Positions 12,829 through 24,062 of a stretch of DNA of 64,000 nucleotides are shown here, in pieces. A program made the translations under genes and the position numbers. How positions within the stretch are numbered: position 1 is the stretch's first letter; the number at the start of each line of letters is the position of its first letter. The notes beneath the pieces were generated by a model, which worked only from the letters and a program-made list of their open reading frames with translations, had not been told where the DNA came from and made no database searches. The DNA comes from Neoechinorhynchus agilis (Eukaryota; Animalia; Acanthocephala), in the NCBI GenBank assembly GCA_051530055.1, contig CM121342.1, positions 9,501,480-9,565,479 of the forward strand, in the 5' to 3' direction.

Positions 12829-13412
12829 TTTAACGATAGAACCTATTTCCGGAAAGAAGCAAACCTAAAAAACACAATTTTGTTTTCAGTTGACACTCAG
12901 TTGAATCACAGTTCTCGCGTCATGCTACTTGCAACTGGGAAAAGGTACTTTAAAAGCACAAAATCAATGCGCATTTATCCATCGAACCGAAGCAATGATT
13001 CTAGATGCATCAATCGATCTTTTTTAGTTATCGGCACATTATTTATTAACTATTTGACAAAGCTTATCATATTTTGTGCTACAAAACATTTAAGTGAAAT
13101 TCTTAAATCTGTACTAGAAAGCAAATGTCGTTTTGATGTACGAAATTATTTAAAATAAGAATTTAATTTTTCATAGAAAATGAGAATCTTTAGTCTCTCA
13201 GCAGCTCTTAGTGGCCTCGAATTCTCAGATAGTAACAAACGATAGAATCCTTTTAAACCAATTCTTAGGGCGAAGTTAATAAATCATGGTCACAACGAAA
13301 TTAATTTAATTACAGTTTTCTTGTCGTAAAACGTCATTTTTTTCGCAATAATGGTCGTAAAATTCTAAAACATTTAGTGAACAAATGAATCTCTCACAAA
13401 CGTTCACAATTC

Positions 13413-15970
13413 TCAAGACTTCTTTAGTTTCTCAAAAATACAAAAATACATGGGACCAAAGTTTGATAGAATATTGGGCGTAATCAGAGATCCATATTCA
13501 CATTGTGGATAGAAACCGAACATGTGAGAAAAGCACTTTTCAATGGGTTCAGTTGAAACTAATTGCAAGCTGAAATCATCTTGTTCGCTAAAATCGTTCA
13601 ATATTCGCTTCACAACTCCGTAATTCTGTTCGGGAAATAGCGTGCATGTACTGTAAACAATGGTTGCTTCGAGTGTAGCTGAAAGTATAGCGTTTCTTAA
13701 AATACGAAACTGAACGTCGGGTAAAGAAAGTCGTTCTTGAAAGTTAGCGTTGTGAAAGATACTCTGTGAAGATTCAGTGAATAGCGAATGCCTATCAGCG
13801 AGAAATGATCTTTTTCTTTGAGATAAAGAAGATCATTTCAACTATCCGATAAACACGGAACGTCAACAATGACTTTATTGGCATTGTAACTTCGAAAAGT
13901 AGAAACGACATCATCTTCCATACTCGACGCATCGTAGTTTAAAACTTCCATTTTGTCAAGAGATTGAGGTAAAAGATGACTTTTTAAGACACGACGAAGA
14001 CGTTCATTCCGAGAGGTGCTCACTTCATTGGCTATGATTGATTTGAGAATCATCGTTTGGGACAAGGCAAGCACCTTTCCCCCAGGGGCAGCACAAGTGT
14101 CCAACACAATATCGCCTGGTCGTAAATTAAGAGCAAGAATTGGTAGAAGTGATGCAGCATCCATTAGATAGTATTTAAGAAGGCTAAAAGATACTTTGGC
14201 AATTGCGCAAAGGGGAAATTTGGTTCGGATTATACAAGAAAAATATCAAATTCAATATTATGTAGAAAAACACAGATATACGAATGTGCCTCACTGGAAT
14301 GCCTTTCTAAATAAAAAACGCTCAATTAATACAATTCTACATGTTCACAGTCCGTTTTCAGAGTAACGAACGAAATTGATTATCTTATTAAGGCTAACGA
14401 TAGAAGTTTCCAAGATACTGCTTAACGGAAAAATCGTACTCTTTTTAGCTTATTAGTATTGGAACATTCTAAGAATCCTGTTATTCGCGTCGTCATAAAC
14501 CTCATAAAAAACAGATACGACTACTGGAAAGCTTATCTGAAGACGCCTAATAAATTCACTTTTCGTTTGGTTATGGCGGAAAAATTAAAGGAGTTTTATT
14601 AAATCCGACATTTCGACGAACAATCTTGTACGCCTTTATTAAGGTTGTATCGTCGCCACAAACAAGCATGCAATAATTCAATTTTCAAACAATAAATTCA
14701 CTATTGGACGCTAACAGCCGGTTCTCTAAGCAATAAAATTATAAATAGCAACCAAATCTTAGCTAGATTTATTGTTTAGGTCTTCACCTCGTAAATAATT
14801 TTTCATCAAAAACTTTCTGCGGACCCCACCGGGGGTTCGTTCTGGCAAATGAGTTCGAACTTCTTAGTGCCCGGAAATATCCGGAGGTGGTAAAGAGGGT
14901 TGTTGTCTACAAAGTTTCTTGTATCCAATGCAACAGCAATTACATTGGACAAACAGGTCGCTGGCCAGTGGTCAATTTCGATCAAACATTGGTTTCAGCA
15001 AGTAAACGCAATAACTTTCAACGCTTAATTAAGGAAGCTTTCTTAATCAAAGAATAAAACCCATGTTACAAACTCTGTCTTTGTGGTTAATAAAACAGAA
15101 CAATACAATGAACCAATAAGTGCGCGTGAGAGCTGAATAACCATTTAACCACTCTTGTATTTTAGAACTGATGATGAACCCTTTACGAGGTTCGCAGAAC
15201 GTTTTTAATCGAAATAATCATTTACCGCGGGTGTAGACTTCTAAACAATAATCTTAATCATATACTACCCGGTACTCCACATATCTACATATATTTAGAG
15301 CTGCCCGAAATGTAAACGAAGATTTGCGACCGGCAATAAAATAATCGCACCTTCATTGGTTTTTAGTGATAAAACGTCAAATCCACATCTTTTATTAAGC
15401 TTGTGGCAATCGTAGATCGATGCGACCACCTAAATGATTCGTTAAAAAGGTTAAAAACTGTTAATAATAAAACAATATTGAGCAATTACCATAATATCGT
15501 CTATTTGAACAAAGTACCGGTTCCGGAAACCGCGTCATATCTCCATTTTCAAAAATAAATGCCTTTAGTGCTATAGGTAACTTTAAAGCATTAAGACCGT
15601 CTTTACTACTTTTAGGTTTTGTTTTGTCAACTAAAGAACGTCCATGGATGCTTTCGAATAACTTACTATTTTCCGAAAGCTCAGGTCCAAGCTGAATCAT
15701 GTCATAAGCACCCAAGTATTCAAGTTCAGTACTCGTTTTCGTAAACGAAGAATCATTGTTCACTACCGCTGCATACTTTGGAACTGACAGAAGCGCAAGA
15801 CGCATATGGGGCCAAGCGGATCGGTATATGGGTGAATATACAAGGTCGAAGAATTCCAAAGCTAGCATATGAGGTTCGTCTGCTCTTCGTCCAGCGAAAG
15901 ACCAGTTTTTCTTGAATTTCTTACTTCTTTTTGCAACAAACACCAATTGTTGGCGACATGTTAACAACAT
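13413..15970 (-). CDS. NSUN4: Mitochondrial 5-methylcytosine rRNA methyltransferase NSUN4, three exons
   Basis: Motifs [72 protein letters not shown] and PNILSNFGPMYFC. Both introns have atypical boundaries. Confidence 0.9.
14820..15290 (+). mobile_element. Penelope-like remnant C (GIY-YIG fragment plus pLTR) inside NSUN4 intron 1
   Basis: VVYKVSCIQCNSNYIGQTGR and RLIKEAFLIKE, followed by a hammerhead-like motif at 15165-15206. A second degenerate hammerhead lies at 14605-14644 (minus). Confidence 0.7.
15165..15206 (+). ncRNA. Atypical hammerhead-like motif (GCAGAA in place of GAAA)
   Basis: gaa-CTGATGA-T-GAACC-ctttacga-GGTTC-GCAGAA-CG-TT. Homologous copies at 22253-22295 (+), 22187-22216 (-) and 58754-58800 (+). 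Confidence 0.5.
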
Positions 15971-16204
15971 TTAGTCAATATCTAAAGTTCGTACAATGCT
16001 TCAGGGCAAAAGTAGAAAACATTGAGAGCAATTATTCGTCAATATTAGGGTGGTAGTTTATGAACATACTTTAATAAAAATGGAAAATTGCAATGTCGCG
16101 TTCATTGATCAATCTCGTGTGGCAGTATCGAAAATTTCGAACGTCAAACACTACCGCAAACAGCGAAATCTTAACAAAAAGACATTGTGTAAGATTATTC
16201 TTTT

Positions 16205-16272
16205 TTCTACCATACACACAGTCCACAGATTTCGATCTGGGAAAGCGCTGGTCTGTGCTCAAAGTTTGTACT
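16205..16272 (-). repeat. Internally deleted partial copy of the SINE-like repeat
   Basis: catacacacagtccacagatttcgatctgggaaagcgctggtctg matches 16765-16825. Confidence 0.6.
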
Positions 16273-16418
16273 TGAAAACTTACAAGCAATTCTAGAGGTT
16301 TTAGAAGACGAAATATTAAAATTATTTTTCATCACCAAAACAAATAGAACTAAAACCGATTTTTTCAATATATCGACGACAGTTGTTGCCAACTACTATA
16401 AAGGTTCATGCAAACGCG

Positions 16419-17140
16419 AGTTATCGACCTTTAAGTGCTCGTTACTTCAACTGCCGTTTGGGCTTATTATATGGCTCCTTTGCCTCACTCTCATCTTCAA
16501 GCCTTAGGATTAAGACATTATCTCTCGTCGAATCCTTGAGAAATAATGGCATTAACCTGTGGGACTTTCTTGACTGCTTGTTCGGCAAATTCACTCAATC
16601 AGGTAAAAGATGATCGAAATTTCGACCTTCTAAGTCTCTTTTAACGGAAGACAAATGGTTTGTTATTAAAATTTAGAGACTGAGGAAAAATCATCTTTAA
16701 TTATACGATTTTTTAGAATTTTTATATGCGGCTCAGCCGGTAGTCTTTTGATAGATTTTTTCAATACACGGCGGAGTGGACACGCAGTCCACCGATTTCG
16801 GTCTGGAAAGCGCTGGTCTGCGCTTAATGCCTCGAGACCGTACGGTTATGAGTTCGTAAATCCCTCCGGATTCTCAGATATCTCCCGTGGAGGCGGGACT
16901 CATCAGTGAGTTTCCTCTTCCCATCAACGAGGTATTTGGTCCCCTTTGGTTGTCCGTCATCGGCGATAACGGATTCGAACCAGTTGATCCTTAACTGGGA
17001 TCAAAGGCATTAGTCCACTTGACCATCTCAGCACAACTACGGAATGTACAAACTTCGCCATACATTAGCCTGGATTCCGATCGGTGGACTGTGTGCACAT
17101 TAAGCCGTGTATCGTGGAAGAAAAGAATATCTATCAGAAT
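16419..17140 (-). mobile_element. tRNA-headed SINE-like repeat, copy A, with about 280-bp tail
   Basis: On the minus strand, A-box TGGTCAAGTGG and B-box GGTTCGAATCC at about 17030-16975. 16419-17060 is near-identical to 36345-36987, and 16790-17140 is the reverse complement of 37211-37572. Confidence 0.7.
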
Positions 17141-17288
17141 CCCTAGACACCAAAAAATTAACCACAAAAAGCGCCTAATTCGACCATTTTTGGAGTACTC
17201 AAAGTTCTAAAACCGTAAAATTCGAATTCACATTAGCATTTAGAAACACGCATGCCACGAAATTCGCTTTTAGTCAACTAAAACACGA

Positions 17289-18973
17289 TTACTTCCGACG
17301 TTTAGCTTTGCCAAAATCCGCACGCGATGGTGGTCGCTTTCGCATGGTAACGAGTTCGGCCTGTGGGTTCATCTTCTTCAATATTCCATCAAGTTTCTGT
17401 TCATCCATATCCTTCACATCACCGTCATCATCATCCATATTTCCAGAAGTGTCGCATGTGCTCTCGTCAACGTCCTGACTTTCCTCATCGCTATCACTAG
17501 CCGATTTTGCGCTGAGACGAGAAATCACATCACCAGATTCGTCAAATTTCGTATCTCCGTCAAATGTATCCTCGTCAACTTCGTCAACACCTCGCTCTTC
17601 CAAATAATCCTCATCGATAGATTCAAGTTCATCTTTCTCTACAACAAAGTTGTAATTTTCCTAGCAAAAAAACCCACAACTTTGTCCTTCGTTCAAATCA
17701 ATCGATCGATCGTCCCGTAAGTCGTCGTCATCATCTTCAAATGGATCCCCAACAGAAGGAACATATCGTCTATGAGTACCAGACCTCTTAGCACTACCAA
17801 TATCAATCTCGTCATCTTCACTGTCACTCAATGAACCTTCATTAAACTTAGCAGATTTTGACGGCTGATTATTGAACGCTTTTTTGTTACCCGCACCACC
17901 TTTACTGCCACCTTTTTCCGAAACGTGCTCATCTTTGACTTTCTCCTTCTCCTTTTCCTTACCATTCGCCTTATATGCGGATTGCATTTTAAAGTTATTT
18001 ATGGCCGCTAACGAATACTCGTCTGATAATCTCCGAAGAACGAGAGTATCTCGTACGCCGTGATTATCTTGAACACTAATTTTTCTACTTATGAACAACA
18101 CATTATCGGTGAATCGCTCTGATTTGGGAGCACACACATATCGATTGCCACCGAACATTCTAGGATGTCCCTGCAACATACTATCACTCGTATAACAAGC
18201 CCTGATCTTGATTGGTTTATTGTGAAAGAATGATCCCTTAATGAAGTTTAACCCAGCTAAAAGGATCAGTCGTTCAATTTACGTGCTTTTAGGACAGCTT
18301 CTTCCACTTGAACGTCATTTCGACGATCATATTGAACATGTAACTCTTCCATCTTATCCGTCTCAAGGTCAATGCCAACTCCAAACTGCAGCACTGCACA
18401 TTTGCCTTTCCGTGCATCATTCTCTAAATAGACCATCGTAGAACCCGGAGGTGGCTTTGAATTTCTTTTATTGGACACTGACTTGGATCTATCAACTTCA
18501 TCAATAACTTCGACATCCGATTTACCTCTCAGGGAACTATTCGTCCCGGTCGGAGTGCTCAACTGTGGATTCATCATACGAGACAGTCCACGGAGGTAGA
18601 TTCTAGGCGGACTGAAATTTGATCCGCGGACAGATTGGACTTGCCGATAATTGTATCCATGCGGGATGGAATTACGATTCTGATACTGCTGTGGAGAAAT
18701 ATTGCCCAAACGTACGTGAGGATCGTATTGTGGAACTGAACGCTGGGTCATCATCATATAGGGATTGGAAGTCATAGATCGAGATGATGATGCATTTTGA
18801 TTTAGGGGCGCTCGAAATGAACTTGACTGATTCTGCGATGTTTGTCCGTAAGGTGAGCGTTGATTATTATTGGAACCTTGCGGGGAAATTAATCCACGAT
18901 AGTTAATATTATTGCGTGGTGTTTGATTTGGAGGTAGAGGAGCCATCTGAAAAAAAGAAGTGAAATTAGCCAA
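17289..18973 (-). CDS. Unknown protein with Q/S/N/P-rich N-terminus and acidic C-terminus, three exons
   Basis: Three consecutive ORFs join in frame through a 26-nt GT-AG intron (18282-18257) and a 39-48-nt intron ending at AG 17639. No family recognised. Confidence 0.65.
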
Positions 18974-19630
18974 TTTAATTAATCATGTTCAAATCTTGTA
19001 CATTCAAAATAAATAATAGCGCAAATGGGGTAAGTGTTGATCATCGTTGCCTTACTACGCATCTTTTTCTCACTAACAAATACTTATGCTTTCCATGGAA
19101 GGGAAAACACAATATTGATCATATAATCAAATTATAAATTTACCGAAACAAAACAATTATTTGCAACATTATGAGATAAAGATTTCTAGTATCCCAGCAA
19201 CAAATATTATTCGACGATGGCATGCCGTTTCAAAATCAATCAAATTGGGAACCTGAGGATCTAAGACGCACTATGAGTTTCGTGGCAAATAACGTAATCT
19301 ATAGCCTTGTAAAGACCTTTTTCGCTTCTCCATTGTGTCTCTTAGCATCTTATTTTTCACTAGGGGGAATTCAAACCAATCAAAATGCACATTAATCAAA
19401 ACAAACTTCAAACATATTGTCTAGCCGATTTCCGTCACAAGTATTTGGGTTTAAACATCAACAAAACGGAAAACACTTCGTATCCGAATTAATTTTAGTC
19501 GAACTTGCAAATGGATTCTAACTAATGCTTAAACTGTTTCCCGCTTCAAAGTACCAAGCGAACGGGATCCGAAAAAAGAGAATGTATCCATTGAGGAACG
19601 TTCAAAGTAATCGATCATATTGATGTATAA

Positions 19631-22055
19631 TCAGAATTGTTCCGTTGTCGGGATATACCTTGCGCATATTTGGTAGTACAAAAGTTCCTCGCTTTGGTCT
19701 TTTTTTCTTGGAGGTAACTGTGAATGTTTCACATACCTCGTGAAACGGCGGGATGACTGATTAGGCAGTACAATGCATAAGGATCCATTCGATGGCTCCA
19801 CTTGAAGAATCTCATCTTCGCCTTCCATAAATGAGATAGCTCCATCTATTGGATTGCTGCAGGAGGAGTTGTAGGCAAAAAACATTGACATCCACAAGCA
19901 CTCCCTACTTTTCTCACACTCGTCAACCATCATAGTGTATGAACCTCCTACTATCTTTCTAATTTCGTAATCTGTTAAACAAAAATCAATAAATGAACGA
20001 TCTTCTTCAGCACTATTGGATTCTGAATTTTCGTATCGGAGTCCACTCATCATTACCATTGCGCTGGTCAATATAGACATTCCGGGACTTAACATGAATC
20101 TCACTAATTTCGCAATTATATGCTTTGCACTCGATGTATCAGACGTATTACTGCTACTCTAAAACTTTATACAGAGATAGGCATTTAAAAACAGATTTTG
20201 GGATTTTATCTACCATTTTTTACGGATCAAGCTAATTATTAATGGATAAGTTATAGTGCTGATAGTCTCAAATGTTGTTATATTTTTTCTAGAGACACAA
20301 GTAGGAAAAACGCTGGAGAATCTTTGCACGTCGATTTACGTTAAAAACATTATGATGATAATTTCAAAATCAATTTTCGGTATTTTAAAAACTGCGCTCA
20401 ATAATAAGCTGTTCAGCTTTCGACGATTATCCAGAAACATCCCTAAAAACTTTGGATAACCTTTTTTGGCACAGATTTCATAACATATTTTGGATATTTT
20501 TACACAACTTTGTTCACAATAACAATTGAGTCAATAAAAACGTAGGAGAACATTATGATGCGAATTTTAAATATCGATTTTAAATATTTTTAGGAAATCA
20601 ACGCACAGTTATAATCTGCCTTTTAGTGGATTGTGACAGTAAAGCAGAATTTAAGCTTTATAAAGAACGCGCCAAAAGTTCAAACATCGGAGATCATTTT
20701 AAAAAGGATCTTAAAATTGATTTCGGTTTTTTAAATACTGCGCTCAATCAGTCACAGTACGGTAGGCCTCTTAAAAACACTGGTTAAAAACAAAATTTAG
20801 ACGGTCATAATTATGTCAGGATAGAAAAAACGTATAACTTTTCTGGTTGACCCTTTTCAAACCTCTACAAGTTAAGAGTGCAGTTTTGAGGTGGTTATTC
20901 AATGAAATGTCATCATCCATCACATAATAGTTTCGCCTATTTGCCGGTCCCTTCAATTTCCATTTGTTATACTCAGCAAAGGCGCTAGTAACCGCTTCAA
21001 AAAAACGTTGGTTCAAGAAGTTAGGAAGACGAATATCGTTCATATTTCTTTCTTTTGAAGTCAAAAGTTCGTGAATTTGAGCTTGTATTTCAGGTTCCAG
21101 GTACATTGGATTGACGAGATCGACAAAATCCTCATTTTCCATAGAGGAGAATTCGTGGAGACGCCGAGGAGGCTCTATAAACAAAGGATAACGTTCTACG
21201 CTGGGGCCATGAAACCACCCGTGAATTGATAGCCTCTCGCGATCACATACGATTTCGCTAACCTATACAGAACATCCTTGACGCAAAACGTTGGAGTATG
21301 TTTTTTACCTGATGATATGATTTGTCTGAGACTTCGAAAAATGCAAGACTGTTATGTTTTGGATATAGCGAATGAACAATCGATGTAGGTTGATTGTTGC
21401 AGTCGCACTCATAAAGATCTAAGGATCCTCCGTCATTGTTGTGAAAGTCTTTGCCAAAATAGTATACAAAGGCCACTTTTCGGTATTCGTTAGAATGACC
21501 ACCAACGAGGTCATTATGACATAGGAGAAAATCTCCTTTTCTATACCTTGATGACGTGAGACGGACTCGTTCATTTAAATCCCATCCAAATGCAAGTTTC
21601 AGCCAATCCTTTAATTCATTACAAAGACGATTGCTTTTGTAGATAAACGTGAAAACGATTAATTGTTTTGGAAACTAACTAGATTACATCTCCGCCGTCT
21701 TTGAATTCCGACAAGCTCTTTTGGATATCGGCAGACTAAAAGAAAATTATAATCATTTAAAAAAAGGATTTATTAAAAATAAACCTGCTCGAATTGGAAC
21801 ATGTCATTGTACATTGGCTCATATTTGACGACACTTAGAAAATTGGAAATTTGTTCGGGCAACCGATTATCGGCATCGAAGAAGTTTTCGATTCGACCAG
21901 CAATGAATGGGTGTCTATAAATCGTCAGTTTTCCTAAATTCATGCGTTTTGAAATGACACAGAACTTGAAGAAAACCTTCTAGGTGAACTTCTTTTCCTT
22001 TTTTGATATCACCAATAATTGCCCGATCACAAAACAAATCAGCGATGGTTGACAT
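19631..22055 (-). CDS. OGFOD1: Prolyl 3-hydroxylase OGFOD1/Tpa1 (2OG-Fe(II) oxygenase)
   Basis: HPF...NF, YNDMFQFEQS, DFLLCHND, RKVAFVYY, GGSLDLY, NSLAFFEVS..SYHQVSE, RLSIHGWFHGP and GPANRRNY, plus a C-terminal domain ending RFTRYVKH. Multi-exon, and one junction is atypical. Confidence 0.85.
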
Positions 22056-22124
22056 TGCTGCAAGAATTTCTAAAAATTTTAATAGGCATGCAAATTAACT
22101 AGCTGCTACCACCGCGGATTTCCA

Positions 22125-22345
22125 GGACAGTCCAGGGAGTATATGATTAGAGAATTATTGTTTGGAAGTCTTCGATATTTTCGATTAAAGACGTTCTGCG
22201 AACTTCATCATTAGATTGTTAAGTTTGACCTTAAGCGTCTTTTAAAACTAACAAACTGATGATGAACTCCTTACGAGGTTCGCAGAATGTTTTTAATCGA
22301 AAAAATTGTTTATCGAATGAAAACTTCTAAACAATGATTAGAGCT
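22125..22345. repeat. Inverted pair of PLE-C-family pLTR fragments
   Basis: tcgattaaagacgttctgcgaacttcatcattag is inverted relative to ctgatgatgaac...gttcgcagaatgtttttaatcga. The flanks match 15210-15275 and 58815-58850. Confidence 0.65.
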
Positions 22346-23042
22346 ATAAGGAAAACATTACAAAACATTTATATATTCCCAACCAATAGACGATTCGACA
22401 TTTGTAAAGATGTTTGTTTTTGGTTGAGGCGAAATGAAGAAATTTAATATTTCATCATCTACGTCTTCAGAATTGTAAATAGTTTCGAGTTAAGTTAAAA
22501 AGCTGTTTTTTGAGAGAAACTTCGTAAGCGAAAGTCGGTGAAAAAGTATTCGATATTTCTTGTAAAGACAAAAAAGTGGAATAAAAGTAAAAAATCTAGA
22601 AATTAGTTTCACCAGAATGGAGTTAAAAAGATCTAAAATTAATGTTTAACGGTTTTCTTTCAAATGTTTAAACTTTAACTTTAAAAAATGTAGAAACTGC
22701 TAAGATGATTTATAATATTTATGGAAAAAGCTTTCCTTTAAAGATGTGCTTTAGAACGATCGAAAAGGATATTTAAGCTTATTGAGGCACGGTAATTTAA
22801 GGGTAATCTCAAAAAAAACCCATTCCATTTGGTTCGAATGTTCATGAGAGCCCTAAAGTATTGATCAATTATCAATATTTTGAAAATAAAATGACATAAG
22901 AAACCACAAGAGTTTGTTCTCTCCGTTTAAATGATTGCTACATTCGAGCAAGAAAGAATCACTGATTTATGCGAACCGTCGTCATTGGATTTGTCTCATG
23001 ATTGGAACCGAAATTGTGGAAGGATACATCGGGATCTTACAA

Positions 23043-23135
23043 TGATTGACAAGGCGAGGTTTCCTCACTGCCGAAATATTTCAGAACAATAAAATGTTTT
23101 CTAACCGGGATTATCTTCACCACAAGTCAAAATAA
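23043..23135 (+). ncRNA. Solo PLE-A pLTR with a minimal hammerhead (U3-A8 core variant)
   Basis: TGA-TTGACAA-GGC-GAGG-ttt-CCTC-act-GCC-GAAA-TA-TT-TCA at 23043-23083, followed by accgggattatcttcaccacaagt as at 4985 and 7367. Confidence 0.7.
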
Positions 23136-24062
23136 AACGAAATAATGGCCACAAAAATTGATTACATTTCACAGAAGATGTTGCCAACGCTCACATGCCG
23201 GAACGTTGTCTAATTGACAAAGAAGTTATTCTCTGATTGTATTTTTGATTGGTGATTAAGAAGAATAGACATCAATTTAGCACCAATTCCCGATTACAAC
23301 ATTTCTTCCGTCTCGTCGGACGTTTACGGATAATTTTGTAATACGTAAGTTAGACGAACCAAATATTGTGAAAAGGAAATTGATCTCTATTTTCTCAATC
23401 ACTAAACTAAAATACATTCTCTAATCTTGGCTACTGATTCAGACAAAATAAACTTCCGTAGACGGGAAGTAGAGCCATAATTAGACGTATTAGTTTTTGC
23501 GGAAGTTCAATTTAAACGTTACTTTAAATTTTCGCGAAAAATTCATACTTCGAGCAATTTCTAATAATTAGGCAATTAGTCGCCGGATTCAAAAGTGCTT
23601 AACTAATACCCATTTCGATTTTTCTACTCAATATTTGTTTAAAATATCAATGGGGGTCCTGTATTTTTCCCTCAACTAAAAAGACGGAAATATTATTTTT
23701 AGCAATTTTCAATTTAATGTATTTCAAATGTTCTAAGCAAAAATGGCTGATTCTTGTGAGAAGTTTTACATATCTCCTCAAGAACTTTCACTCCGTTCAA
23801 AATGCGAACATCTAGTTCATAATTTAAACAAGGTACTTGTTGAATCCTGCACAAATTCTCGAAAACCACAATGAATGTTTGTTTAGAGAACTTTATTTAG
23901 AATTAAAATGAGAAAAACAAGGAGATAAAGTATGTGCCATTCGATTATCCGAAACGTCAACTTTAGCCGGATTGCTTTGCTAGTCAACTTCTGTTGCTAG
24001 AACAGAATCAGAGACTAATGCGAGCAAACGAAGGCGTGCGATGGGGTGTAGAGATCAGATAA

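Noticed and set aside
18231-18268. TGATCC/GGATCA inverted repeat at the first junction of the 17-19 kb gene as another hairpin intron
   Set aside because: No AG follows the 3' arm, and a 26-nt GT-AG intron already restores frame.
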